Shown: positions 12,325 to 25,321 of the stretch, piece by piece | Numbering within the stretch: position 1 is the stretch's first letter | Layout of the letters: the number at the start of each line of letters is the position of its first letter | From: Cyanophora paradoxa CCMP329 | Taxonomy: Eukaryota > Plantae > Glaucophyta | Direction of reading: 5' to 3' | Assembly (NCBI GenBank): GCA_004431415.1 | Contig: QPMI01000404.1 | Coordinates: 1-64,000 of the forward strand | DNA length: 64,000 bases | The notes under the pieces: generated by a model | The model's input: only the letters and a program-made list of their open reading frames with translations | Told to the model about the DNA's origin: nothing | The model's database searches: none | Program-made: the position numbers and the translations under genes

Positions 12325-12667
12325 CTTCTTTGGATCTCCGGGCCGCGCTCCGCGCGGTCGGCCAAGGCTCGCCTTGCAGCCGCCGGCCTTTCTTGCAATC
12401 AAGGAAGGAGGCGCTAATAAATAGAGAAAGGGGTAGCGCCTCATTGGGCCGCGGCTCAGCAGCAGCGCGGCTCCAAAGGAGGGCCGACCCACTGGGCCAG
12501 AGGGGGCCTGGTGCCGGAAAAGGAAGACCACGTATTGCCTCGAGGGCGTGGTTGGGGAGGATATCTCTTCGCTCCCCGTGTGCCGGGGGGGTACACGATT
12601 GCTGCCCGGGTACACGAATCGCGCCCGCAGGGGTACGCTGATTCGAGGGGGGTACAGCGCCCTAAGT
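12325..12667. repeat. Dispersed repeat, segment B copy 1 (~340 bp)
   Basis: Near-identical to 15259-15600. Confidence 0.9.
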
Positions 12668-13064
12668 TGCGTTGGAAAAGGAAGGCCGCTAAAGCGGACA
12701 GTCTCATCTGCATGACAGCCATATGAGGCTCGCAGAGTGAGGAGGGCCATTGGCCCGGGCCCCAGGCCTTAGGAAATCAACAACCCAAGCCGGGTCGGCG
12801 GAGTGAATCGGAGGCTAGGAGCTAATAAGGATTCGAATTCTACGCGTACGTACGTATACTGATCATGAAGAGTGAGAATTCCGAAGCAGGCCTAGGAAAA
12901 AATGCGGAGGTGTGCGTACGCGTATACGTACGCGTATACGTATACGACGCGACGCGAGCGTGCGTATACGCATACGTACATATACGTATACGAACGAGCT
13001 CACCGGTACCGTTCATGATCATGATTATAATTACCTCTTGAGCTTTATCATGCATATGAGGCGC

Positions 13065-13331
13065 CTTTAGAGGGATGTGCTCTTATGCATCCTGTTGTAG
13101 GCTGTTCGCTGGATAGGCAGGCTATCGGAAAACGAGAAACCTTGCTCGCGCAGTCTATTGACAGGACTCTCTTAGGGTGGGCTCATGGCCAGCTGTTTTG
13201 CTACTTTCTACTTCGTAGCGAGGCAGACTGGTAAACTTCGGTTTAGGTAGATTCGACTTGTCTACTTTCGGAAGGGCCCGATAGATTGATGTGGTAGTGC
13301 CGTCAATATATCGTCATTTTTGCAAAAAAAA
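13065..13331. repeat. Inverted partial copy of the interior of the hAT-like element at 22334-23302
   Basis: Reverse complement matches 22413-22680 almost exactly. Confidence 0.9.
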
Positions 13332-15082
13332 GCATATGAGGCGCCGGCTCGAGACCGTGCCACGGTGGCCCAGTGGTATACGTATACGCGTACGCGTATC
13401 ATAGTAGTATACGTATACGTAGCTGTAGCTATAGTGGCCCAGTGGCGAGTTGAATTTCGAACTTCGGAAGGTGCCGCGCGCGGCCGGCGCCGCCGCGCGC
13501 GTGCGGGGCCGCGCGCGCCGTCGACGCGATGTGCGCGCGTCGCGACTAAGAGTATGCGCATTTATCATTCGCGCCGGCGCTGCGCATGCGGCCGCCGCTG
13601 GCGCTGGCGCGCGCTAGCCGCTGAGCCGCGGCCGCGCGCTGACCATACATATGAGCGCTAGCGCTAGCGCTAGCGCTTGGAGGCGACTTGGGCGGCTTGA
13701 GCCCAAGTTGGTGGGGAAGGAGTTGCGGCTTGAGGCTCAAACCTAAGCCGGGGGGAAGAAGTGGCGGCTTGCGGCTTGGAGCTTGCTGTGATCGTCGCGG
13801 AAAGACGAGTACATTAGAGCGCCGCGCGGCCTTTGCTTCATACGGCGAAGCGTGCGCGTAGGGTATTAGAACCGGGCAAAGTGCTTCAATACGTCCGGGC
13901 GTGCCGGCAGGTTTGCCGCGGGCGATTTGCGGTGCGCGGGGGTACCGCTAGTAGTCGCGGCTTGAGGCTCGTTAGGCTTGAGGGGTCGTCGAGGATCAAA
14001 CGAGTCCTCTTCGGCGCTGTTCGGCGCAATCATCGCGGACATGGATCCGAATCGCCTCGTCGCAACCGCGCCGCTGTGTATGTGCTCGGTGCGAAGAACC
14101 GCCGCGGTGCTCGTTCGGTACGAGTGCTTGCGGCTCGCCACGGCGCCGCGCCGGCTTTCGTGGCGGCGCTGGCCGCGAGAGCTTGCTTGAAGTCGGTATG
14201 CGCGCGCGGGCTGCGCCCGGTGCGTGGATTCGGGCGCTGGCCATGGCCATGGGCTGAGCGCTGCGCGTTCGTGTCTAGATCTGCGGCTCGGAATCCGCGT
14301 CCTGGTCAGGCGTAGTTGCGCTCGGAGGCTCAAAGCTCGGAGGCAATCGTCGTTCGTGGCGCGAAGGTCCGCGGGCTGGATCCGCGGCGTCGCGCAGCTG
14401 CGGCCTGCAGCTGTACATGTACATGTACATGTAAGTATACATGCGTATGTGACGCATGGCTAGCGCTGGCGTGCGCGCGCGCCCCCGGGCCGGGCGGTCG
14501 CGCCGCGGGCGCTTTGCATATGAAGCTGCCAGGCCTAGGTTCGCGCTTTAGGGCTGCCTTCAGGAGCTGCTAGGGAGCCTCCTGCCGCCGCCAGGGGCCG
14601 GTCTGTAAAGGGAGGAGCCGGTCCTGGCCATGCCATGATGGGACGGGGTCGGGCGCCTCGAGGTGAACGACGGACTCGGGAGGTGATCGCGAGGTGAACG
14701 ATCGTCACTCCGGGTCGGGCGTATACGTAATTGTAAGGGTCCGCGGGCTAGCGCTGGAGCTCGAGCCGCGGCATCGCGCAGCCGGCGCCGGCGCCTGCAG
14801 CTGGTCAGCCCATGGTGCCGCGGTGTGCGCGCGCGCCGGGAGGCCGCGCTGCGCGCGCTGATTTGTAATCATGAGCTGCGCATGCCGTCCTGGCTCTAGA
14901 TCTCGCTTTGGAGCTGCCTTTAGGGGCCGCTGGAGGACCTCGAGCCCTGGCGCCGTGGCTATGCATATGGGGGTCCGGCTGGAAACTTGGAAAGGGTCGG
15001 GAATATCGAGCATTTTTTTTCGGAGCCTGGGGCAGGGCCAGGCGACTCGATCGCGAGGTGTAGTTCGGGGACGGTGGGTGGG

Positions 15083-15600
15083 CCGGCTAAGACGAAGCTG
15101 TCGCTCCCGCGGGGTAGCGGCAACTGCGAGGGGCCCGGGGCAAGCCCCCGGGGGGTACGGCGGGCCGAAGGGCGAGGTTCGAGGTTGGCCGTTCGCGCTC
15201 TGCCGTCCCTCGCTCAAAGAAAACAGATTACTCTCACGCGTTGCTGGAGTAATCAACTCTTCTTTGGATCTCCGGGCCGCGCTCCGCGCGGTCGGCCAAG
15301 GCTCGCCTTGCAGCCGCCGGCCTTTCTTGCAATCAAGGAAGGAGGCGCTAATAAATAGAGAAAGGGGTAGCGCCTCATTGGGCCGCGGCTCAGCAGCAGC
15401 GCGGCTCCAAAGGAGGGCCGACCCACTGGGCCAGAGGGGGCCTGGTGCCGGAAAAGGAAGACCACGTATTGCCTCGAGGGCGTGGTTGGGGAGGATATCT
15501 CTTCGCTCCCCGTGTGCCGGGGGGGTACACGATTGCTGCCCGGGTACACGAATCGCGCCCGCAGGGGTACGCTGATTCGAGGGGGGTAAAGCGCCCTAAG
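15083..15600. repeat. Dispersed repeat, segments A and B contiguous
   Basis: 15083-15260 matches 21822-21999, and 15259-15600 matches 12325-12667. Confidence 0.9.
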
Positions 15601-18600
15601 CCAGGCAGGGGTTCGGGCCAGCATCAGCAGCAGCTCGTCGACTCGATATGCACAGGGAACGCGAAGGGTGCCGGCCGCGGGATCCGACACTGCGGATCCG
15701 AGCCAGAGCCGATCGCGAGCTCGAGCTTAGATCCCCCGGCGAAGAGTTGCCAGTGCGACGAGAGGAGGGCCCTCAAGGGCCCACGTACGCAGAGTGAACG
15801 TTAACGGTGAGCCCCTGGGCGACCGTCGGACGACAAGCCGTTGGGCTACTAGGCTACCGTAGCTATAGTGCGTGGATCACGCATGCACAGTCGTGACGGA
15901 GAAGAGGCGGACTCGGGAATTCCAAGCTGGCGATCGAGCCTCGGACTCGGGGCTGCGCCGCGTTCACCAGGACGAGGTGGAGAGCGCCATGCACGTGTCG
16001 CGGCGTGTCAAGCTTAAGGGAGGACCCGGCCCCGATTGCGAGCCGACCATGCCGCAGTACTTCTGCACTGCGGCAGCTGATCTCGGGGAAGCTAATAATC
16101 ATGAGGAGCACGAGCCTTCGCGATAGGCGATCGCCGAGTCGCGAGCCCGATATCGATCGCGAGCGTGAGGTGCACGTACGCGTGCCACGCGTACGGTGGG
16201 CCCGCTCCACAAAATAATACGTTTACGCCCTCGCGATCGCAGAACGTTGGGGCCGGGCGTAGATGAAAATATACATAGATGCAGCGCGAACGGTAGCCGC
16301 TGAGCACTGGTGCCGCCACCCCGGACGGTGCCTTCGAATTCGAAATTCTGCTGCAGAGGTGCGTGACGGCTGTTCAGACGAAGTTCAGACGCTGCGCTCT
16401 CGGTTGCGAATTGGGGCGGTTGGCGGCCGCGCCGCTCGCGCGCAGCGAAGGCCGCTGGGCCGGAGCATTCGCAGCTAGTGGCGTTCCAGCCACGTGCAAG
16501 CGGTTACGTTACGTATGCCAATTTTGCAAAGCCTTGAAGAGGCCTAGGGGCCGTGAGCTCGACGCCGGGTTAATATTAATTTGCCAGACGCTGAGCCGCG
16601 GCTGAGACGCTGAGCACATATACACACACGAAAACGTCATAATCAGGGGCGAGACGTCGAGGCCCTGATCATGAGTTCTCAAGGCTCGCAATCGTGATAT
16701 CGATCGGCCGGCGCCCGCCGGGGTGCGCATGCGCATGCGAGGAGCGGACGGTCGATCGAAAAGCCGTGAAGGCGTGCGCATGCTCGATGATCGCGCGAGC
16801 GAATAAGGATTTAGAATTCCGGCTGCGCGCGGCGCCGGTGGCATGGCCGCGGCCGGCGCCGCCCGTCGGATGATAGTTGACGATCGTGAAGGGATCGATC
16901 GCGATATCCGCCCGCGCCGTCGGAAGATAGCCGATATATAGTCGATAGTCACGCCGACTCGCTCTCAAGCGTACGAGTATGTATGACTTGGTAGGTGTGC
17001 GAGAGGGCGAGAATTCGAAGGCCGGTTCCTTCAAGTAAGATTGATCATGAGGTACCGCCTCGCAGCCTCGACGACGTCGACGTGACTGCCGGATACGAGG
17101 CGATTGATATCCGATGATCGCGTGGGCCGGGGTCATATAAGGCTCCGGATCCGTGCGCGTGTCGGGCAGCATATATAAAGAGGACAGTCGGATCAGCTAG
17201 CGCCGGCATTCATGTGCACATCTGTCCCCATGATCATTCGAATTGATGATTTCTGGTGCTCGGCCTGGCGGGGAGCCGGCGCTCAACGCCAGAGGCGGGA
17301 TTCGAAAGCGCAAGAGGTGGAGATCGATTGCAAAGCTGTGCACGTGGAAGGCCTATAGCTAGCTATAGGGCAGTCGGGCGCCGGATATTAATGGAAGCCG
17401 CTGGCTTCGGGGGCCTGGTTGTATAGTTACAGGGACCATATGCATGGCCCAGGCTAAGGGCGCGACGGCCGCGCGGCGGTGGCCGCGGCCGGGGCGCCGG
17501 CTCAGCGGCTGTGAGCCTGTGACTCAGCGATCGCGATCGCGAGGGGCGAGTTCAAATAATGAGCGTCGTGTAATGCCAACGAATTGAAGGCGTTGACGTC
17601 ACAGCGCGATGCACATGCATATATGCCGTGTGTATGTATCTGCCAGCTGCAGGCTGCATGATCCGATGATCATGATCATGATGTGCAGCGCTCAAATCCG
17701 AGCTTAGCGCTGAAATCCGAGCTTAGCTTAAGAAATAAATGTATATGTCGATGCGCTGCAGCCTATATGCCTGGCCATATGCATGGCCAATGCATATGCC
17801 ATGCCAGTTTGGCATGGTGAAGAAGTTCGAATTCGAAGTTGTAATATATATAATTAAGCGGGCGCCAAATTAAATCCCAGCTGAGGGCCCGCCGAGCCGT
17901 GGTCCGGCCGCGAGTTCGATTCGCGAGGGGCCGGCGCTGCCGGCCGGATCTGTGATTCGAAGGGGGTCCTGCGGCATGCGCATGCATATGCATATGCGCA
18001 GTATGTCGATCATATGCCGCAGTGCCTCGGATTGCCTGCTTCGAGCTCGGGTGCGCAGCCGCAATTGCAATTTTCCAGGCCCGGCCGATGAAGGTTTTTT
18101 TTTTTTGAAAGATTGTTTGGAGACGTGTCCACGTCCCCCATGGCCAGGCTGGCAGAGCCTCGCCGAGTAGGGTGAGCCAATATATCGTGAAGGCGCGCAT
18201 GACCATGCCATGATGTGCCCAAGCTGCGTAAAAGGTGGGCATGCCCAGGGCAGGCCGCAGCTCCGACGTATATACCGTAGTACGTAATTCATATTAGAGA
18301 CGCCGTATACGTAGCAAGATCAGTTGATCGCCAAGTAAATGCGAGTCGCGCTCAAATTATAAGCTCGCGATCGTTCCGAGCGCTGAGTTCGGCCCCCGCG
18401 TCGCACTGCGCCCGGGGCCCGGCGCCGGAGTTTGACTTGCAATTGGTGAGGCCCGTATACGTAATTTAAATCTCACGGTAGCGATCGAGGGAGCGCGAGG
18501 CGGCGGAGGGCCGCGCGGCCGCGGCCGGCGGCCGTGGGTCTTATAATGAAGCAGATAATTATATAAGGGGCGGATGCTGGGGTTCGGCGGGCGTCATCCC

Positions 18601-19566
18601 TTTCGTCATCCCTTTTTTGCAAATTGTGCGTGCTGTCGAAACTGCGCATGCACTGCGGCAGCTGGCCATGGCCGGTCTGGAAGGCGCGGCGCTCACGCGC
18701 GCCTTAAAAACGTGCTCTAGCCATAATACTGCGGCACTCTTGCGCATGCGCAGGGCCGCTTGAGGCGAGGCGGTGAGTACGTATACATATCTACATCTGA
18801 AGCCGCAGGCCGAGGTGGGCGAGCATGAACATGTATACGTAATTCAGGTTCGAGCGCGCAAGCGTGATATCTCATGAGGGCCCCGCGGCCGGGTGCACGT
18901 GTCACGTGTCGAATTCGACGGCCGGTGCCGGTTCCGAATTTGCCAGCGCTAGCCGGCCCGGGAGGCGCAGCACCGGTTCCGGTCGAGAGAAAAAAATATT
19001 AATTGCCGAAAATGAAGATGAATCGATATCGATGCCGGTCGGCACTTATAATTAGGAAAGACCGTCGGACCGCTGGCTCGAGCTCCCGGCCGTCGAAAAA
19101 CAAGGCCGGTACCGGTCCTGTACATGTCACAGGCTGTCAAACAGATTGCATCGGTGCGGGCGCCCGCGCGGGCTCGCGTTCGAGCTAGTGCAGATCGCGA
19201 GCGGGGCGCTGGCGCCGGCTACTATAGTAGACGTATACGTAGAGCCTCGGCCACCGGCCGCTCGAGCTCCGCAAAGTGAGGCCTAGGGCCGGCCCTAGGC
19301 TCGCGTGGGCAATTGCAAGTCACCAGGTGTGATTGTATATATACTATATATGATAATTTGGCGTTAAAGGCGCGCGCGACGTCGCCGAGGCCCTGCAGCT
19401 GATCATGAGGGTCGCGAGCTCCGAGGCTCGAGCCGCCGGGCCCCGCGGCCGGCCGCGAGTGCGCGCGCGGAAGCCAAATGCGCGCTAGTCGTTGCTAAGT
19501 TGTACATGTTGCCGGTTGCGAAAATTATTTGAATTTGAAGTCGGCTTGGTCGACGTCAACAAATTT

Positions 19567-19972
19567 GGTGTCCTACGTTTCGCCTCTCCTACTGTTCTAC
19601 CGCCTTTGCCTCCTGCGACTACGTCTTCTAGTTCTGCTGTTAGCTCTGTCTTGTCGTCTTCGTCTAGATCTTCGTCTTCGACTGTAGTTCCTCGTGCTCG
19701 TTCTCCTTATTTGCTGCGTCCCCGTGCTCCTCGTCGTTCTAGTGTGACTAGTACTTCTGCATCGACGCCCTTGAGCTCTTCTACTCCTTCTCCTCGTGCT
19801 CGTTCTCCTTATCTTTTGCGTTCTTCTGATCGTGTCCCTTCTCGTGATCCCTCTTGATTCTGTATATATTTTGTGCTAGTTTACTGTATCTTTGATTTGT
19901 GATTGCTTTGTTGTCTTTAATATCACTACCTACGGGGGGTTCGCCCCACCGTAGTCTCTCAAAAAAAAAAAA
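19567..19972 (+). mobile_element. 5'-truncated retroposed insert with poly(A) tail
   Basis: TSD GTCAACAAATTT at 19555-19566 and 19973-19984, A12 tail, and terminal stem-loop CTACGGGGGG-TTCG-CCCCACCGTAG. Confidence 0.85.
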
Positions 19973-21821
19973 GTCAACAAATTTAATTCGCAACTCGAAA
20001 ATTCGGAGCTAGCTCGACGTCGACAATTGAAGCTCAACATGGCAATTGCAAGCTCGCGTGCGGATCCGATGATCTGGATCATACACGCGTACGAGCAGCT
20101 GCAGGGCTAGCGCTAGCAATTGCAAGTACATTGGAATCTGCATGCGCAGCTGCAGCTGCAGTGATGTCAATGTTAACCTTAACGTGGATGCCATGATGCT
20201 CATGATCATGATCAGCGGCTTGAAGATATTAAGCGGCTTGATGCGACCGGTTCGATACCGCGGCCGTGAATGTAGGCCTAGCTATATAGCTATATATATA
20301 GGGCGGGGCCGGCGCCGCGCCGGCGGCCCGCGCGCGGCCGGCGCTGGCGGGCCGCCGCGGCACCGCGGCAAGTCGAGATAAACTTCCGAAGTTCGGAATC
20401 AATTGCAATATATGTCATGCATTCTATGATATCGCGTATGCCATGCGCGCGCCGGGGGGTCGCCTAGGCCTGGCCGGGCCCGGGGCCGCGTGCAGCGCTA
20501 GCTGTAGACTGGGAAGATCGTTGACGTATACGTAAGAAAGCATGTTATCCCTTGGCCAAGTGTGCCCTTAAGCTTCAGCTTCCGGATCTGAAAATATGGA
20601 ATCCATGCTAGTCTGTGTTGGCCGCCGCGCGTGCGTCATGACTTCTGCTTGCAATTGCAATGCGGTCCATGACCGGGCACTAACAACATGGAAACGCATG
20701 ACGCCGACCACCGGAGGTGGAAGCGAAGAAAAGAAAAAGAAGACTGGCCGGTCCACGTGCGCTGTTGGCGCCGAGAGAGAAAGAAAGAGCTCGAAGGAGC
20801 TAGAGAGGGCTTGAGGGAGCGCTCCGAAAAGAGAAATTGATGATAAGGAAATTCGATCGGAGAAGAGAACGCGAGCGCCGGGCGCCGTCGCCAGCGCTAC
20901 AAGAGCTACGGAGGCCCAGCGCTAGCGGCCAGTAGCGGATGATAATAAAGGCCGGGACGCGGCGCGGGGCCCCGGGCGGCGCCTGAATCACGTGGTCGTT
21001 GGAGGTCCTGAGCACCGGCCGGTCCGGGCCGGATCCAGAAGGAACTCAGGCGAACTTCAAAGTCTGGCGGACTCTGAGGCGTGGGTGGAATCAGTACGCC
21101 GTGCGCCATAGGTCGTGCGCCACGGAGTCGCTTGCCGCACTCGTGGCCATGCATATGGTCGGGCGTGTGCATGCGGACACGGCCGGACGCGCGTGGTACC
21201 GTAGTACGTTGAGCGGACCCGAGGCGGCGCTGAACGGGCCCGGGGCCTCCAGTCCTGGAATGTGAACGACCGTGGTCGATTCGATCGAAAGGGATCGAAA
21301 ACCTTGATGGTGTGCCGCCGTAGCGCCGAACTTCGATCAAGAGGAATCGCTTCGAGCCTCCGGCCGCGGTAGCGGCAGTTCGGCCTGCCGAATCGATGAA
21401 TCTGTCGTAAAGTAGGCGAACGTGAGTCGCTCGTGTGCGCGTGTGCGCGTGCGCGTGTGCCTGCGGCGAGCTGGATGCTGGGGGTGCCGCGTGCGGCGGT
21501 CGCGTGCGACCGTGGATGATCTGCGTCGTTGTCGATGATCTGGATCTTCGTCGAACAACGATGATCTTCGGCCGCCGTCGTGAGGCGCCGGCGGTTGATG
21601 AGGCGTGACGATGATGATCTCGGGTGCTCGCGGCCTGATGAGGCCATGCGCGAGGATGATTAGTAAGGGTGCCGCTCGTGCCAGGAGGAGGCAGGTCGCG
21701 TGTTGCCAATCGAGGCGCGACCTGCGTCCGCGTTGGCGGCGAGTCGGCGCGCTTCGACGACCTGCGAACGGTCGAGTCAGTGATATAGTATCATTCGGTG
21801 CACTGCTGATGCTGGCAATGC

Positions 21822-21999
21822 CCGGCTAAGACGAAGCTGTCGCTCCCGCGGGGTAGCGGCAACTGCGAGGGGCCCGGGGCAAGCCCCCGGGGGGTACGGC
21901 GGGCCGAAGGGCGAGGTTCGAGGTTGGCCGTTCGCGCTCTGCCGTCCCTCGCTCAAAGAAAACAGATTACTCTCACGCGTTGCTGGAGTAATCAACTCT
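21822..21999. repeat. Dispersed repeat, segment A copy 2
   Basis: Matches 15083-15260 (178 bp). Confidence 0.9.
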
Positions 22000-22105
22000 C
22001 ATTGACGAGGATATCCGATATCGATGATCATCGCGCCATGATCATGATGGCCCAGTGGCCATTGGCCATGATCATGATGGGTCATTAATGTTTGATTTAT
22101 GGCAT

Positions 22106-22250
22106 TTTTTTTTAAAGATCTACGGTGGGCGTGCCCACTCGTAGTACACAACGAGGATACAAGTCACGGTATCGGGAATCACGAGGATTCGAAGTACAAC
22201 GTAGCGGAAACAGCAGGAACCGAACCCGGGAATCCGGGAGGTCGTAGCAC
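22106..22250 (-). mobile_element. Short 5'-truncated retroposed insert
   Basis: TSD GATTTATGGCAT at 22094-22105 and 22251-22262, poly(T) at the left end, and minus-strand 3' stem-loop CTACGAGTGGGCACGCCCACCGTAG. Confidence 0.8.
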
Positions 22251-22333
22251 GATTTATGGCATGCCTCCGGGCCTCCGGCACTGGACCGGCAGTCTCCGGG
22301 ATAGACTGGTATGATATTTCATACTACTGCCAG

Positions 22334-23302
22334 TAGGGGCGTGGACCGGGTCGGGGGGTCGGCCCGATCGACCCGACCCGCTCGCCCGGCCGACCCGACC
22401 GGGTCGACCCGGGTTTTTTTTGCAAAAATGAGGATATATTGACGGCACTACCACATCAATCTATCGGGCCCTTCCGAAAGTAGACAAGTCGAATCTACCT
22501 AAACCGAAGTTTACCAGTCTGCCTCGCTACGAAGTAGAAAGTAGCAAAACAGCTGGCCATGAGCCCACCCTAAGAGAGTCCTGTCAATAGACTGCGCGAG
22601 CAAGGTTTCTCGTTTTCCGATAGCCTGCCTATCCAGCGAACAGCCTACAACAGGATGCATAAGAGCACATCCCTCTAAAGGGAGTCAGGAAGCAGGAAAG
22701 GATCTGCGAAGAAACCCAACCTCAGAGTAAGGCGGCGATGAAAAAGAAAATGTAGCGTCGCGCGTGTCGCCTACTCCTACTTCTATATCTAGGGCGAGAG
22801 AGACCGGGTCGACCCGGGTCGGCCCAGGGGGGGTACTTCGATCCCGCCCTCGACCTAAAGAACACCAAAAACGTGATGAATTACATCGAAAACGTGCTAC
22901 AATGCAGCAGATACATTATAAAGATGCAATATTTGCAATATCTAGATCCTTTATGCGCTCCAGAAACGAACTTCTGCTGTTTCGGGGGGGTACATATATT
23001 CCATCAAGCAGCCACGTCCACTGTACATGTACGTATACGTATACATCTGCATGCATCTGTGCGACATATAAGTGTATTACACATAGGATGTGCAATATAG
23101 AAGAAGATCTCAGCAATTATCAACACTTCAGAAAGGTGGAGAATGGTCCCCAAGGGTGTACCCAAGACCCTCCGGCCCGGGTCGACCCGGTTCGGGCCCT
23201 GATCGGGTCTGACCCGGGTCGGGAGGTCGGCCTGATCGGCCCGCTCGCCTGGCCGACCCGACCGGGTCGACCCGGGTCGGCCCGGCCCGGTCCACGGTCC
23301 TA
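22334..23302. mobile_element. Non-autonomous hAT-like DNA transposon
   Basis: TIRs are TAGGGGCGTGGACCGGG on the left and, as reverse complement, TAGGACCGTGGACCGGG on the right (15/17 match). There are CCCGAC/GGGTCG subterminal repeats, and the 8-mer ACTGCCAG lies at 22326-22333 and 23311-23318. Confidence 0.75.
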
Positions 23303-23959
23303 ACTTAGTAACTGCCAGTCTACTGGTATGCCATGATGAGTCTATGATGTATACGTAGCTATAGAATAATCATGATGGCACGATCATGATCATGATTCAT
23401 GACATGATCAGGTCGGTGGTACCACTGGTACGGACTATACCCCTAGCTACCGGTATAGCCCTTAGAGGGCTATAGTTCAGGCTGCGCGGCTCCAACCCCA
23501 TATCCTCGCTTATACCTGGGTTCTCTCCTGTAGGCTCCCACGTCTTGAGGGGGGGTTATGGTTGCTCTGTCCTGATTTGGCTCTCTAGGTAGGAGTAAGT
23601 AGCGTTGCTAGGTGTGTGTAGGTCGCTTTCCTCAGTACAATAGCTCCACCCTGTCCGGTTTCTGATGGCTAGCATTGCGCCTTAGCCTAAATTGTTACCT
23701 TTCGACATGACACAGTCAGACACCCCAGTTACATCACTAGCTGTACTGTCTCGGTGTGTGCGAATTCAGTGATGTAGGGCACGGGCCGGGGGGGGTCCGA
23801 GCCGGATGACGGCCATAGGTCAAGTCGCAAAAGCCGAATATATATATATACGTAGGCCCTAGCTAGGCCGGCCTGCCAAGCCGCCGAGCCGCCGGCCTAC
23901 CGGCCGGCCTGCAAGCCGGCCTGCCCCCGCTCGCCTTCAAGGCCTAGCCTGAGAGCGTC

Positions 23960-25270
23960 GTTCATGTAGAAATCGTTCGCGCGGCTCGTCCAGAGGTCGC
24001 AAGTGAGCGCGACCGAGGCGGTGATCCGATGCGGGCCCGCGTGGAGCGCCTTCTTCAGCCGCTCCCGCACGCGGGCCGCCTCCAGCAGCACCTTCATGCG
24101 CAGGCCCTTCCCGTCCGTCGGCGTGTAACGCCTGCGCCGCGTTAGCCTGGGGCACGCGAGCCCCGCGCGCGGCGCCCGGCGCACCCGTCGCTGAACTCGA
24201 AGAGGAGGTCCCGGAGCCACGTCTTCTCGATCGATGTTTTTTTTTTTTGAAGTTTGGTGTGTCTCGCATTCTTACACACGGTACCCGTCCGGCTCCTACC
24301 TCGGCACCGTACCACTCTACAACTGTGAACTGAGAGGCCGAGGATGTCCTATCTGTGATTCTAACTCGTCCTCCGCACATACTACGGATCCTCCTTCCGC
24401 GCCGTATTCCGCTCTTGATGTTCAGGTGGTGTACCCGGGCTTGTTGACCTCAGTTCCACATGACCCATGCACGCGCCCACATTGCAGAGCCTTCGGCATG
24501 ATGTCACCCAGTTGCACGGTCCTAGTTGCTTGCTTGATGGTTCTTACGCTTGGCCGTGTTGGGACCAGGAGCTCGGTACCCCTCACGGGGCCCGAGGTCG
24601 GGGTTTCTCCGGGATTTGAAGCGGGTTCGGTAGTTCCGGTCCGGATTCGAACCGGGGTCCTCTGAGCGGTAAGGCCGACACCTTATCCACTCGACTATGC
24701 CTCCCCCCACGTCTTCTCGATCGATGTGATCATGAGCGCCTTCATGCCCGTAATGAGCGCCTTGGCGACCGCGCGGTGCTTGTTCTCCAGCTCCAGACCC
24801 TTGTACGGTGGAAGCGAGCGCGTCATCATGATCACGGCCTGGCCCTCGCGGCACGCCGCCTGCTCCGCCGTCGTGCTGTCGGTGACGCCGTGATCGCTGA
24901 CGAGATGCATATGCCGCTTCCAGGCGCCCGCTGACGCGCTGCGCATGCCCGTGCTGCACTTGTATTTGAAAAGCCGGGGCTCGTCGCGCGCCGCCTCCGC
25001 CGCGCACTCGCCTACATCGCAACGGATGTACTCCGTGGTGCCGCCGGCCAGGCCTAAGCGGCCGTGGATCCAGTACCAACCGCTGAGCCGCTTCAGCCGC
25101 GACTCCCAGGTATCGTCATTGTACGCAACGAACGGGCCCTCGGGAGGCGGTGCCCACGCTTTTACGACGCAGGTCTTCTGCCGCTTTGCCGACTCGGCTG
25201 GCGCGGTCGGGCCGGAGCTGCGCGATGACGGGCCGCTGACCGGTACCGCGGAGAAGAACGCGTCCGCAAT
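23960..25270 (-). pseudogene. hAT transposase remnant (BED finger plus first catalytic motif), interrupted by a SINE
   Basis: BED-like W.W...IRCDVGEC...WKRHMHLVSDHGV at ~24890-25080, and VALTCDLWTS (hAT DxW motif) near 23990-24020. Confidence 0.7.
24237..24706 (-). mobile_element. tRNA-derived SINE (~470 bp), full length
   Basis: The minus-strand head is GGGAGGCATAGTCGAGTGG (A box) ... GGTTCGAATCC (B box). It has an A12 tail and a 20-21 bp TSD CCACGTCTTCTCGATCGATG at 24217 and 24707. Confidence 0.9.
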
Positions 25271-25321
25271 CTCCCTCTGCGTCCGACGGTCGGGGGGACT
25301 TGCGTTTAACGCGGCGTCCGC

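Noticed and set aside
15872-16126. Possible hAT dimerisation-domain fragment
   Set aside because: Only a weak VTEKRRTR resemblance, which is too little to call.
24630-24706. Possible tRNA gene
   Set aside because: No clean cloverleaf, and it is the head of a SINE with a poly(A) tail and TSD.
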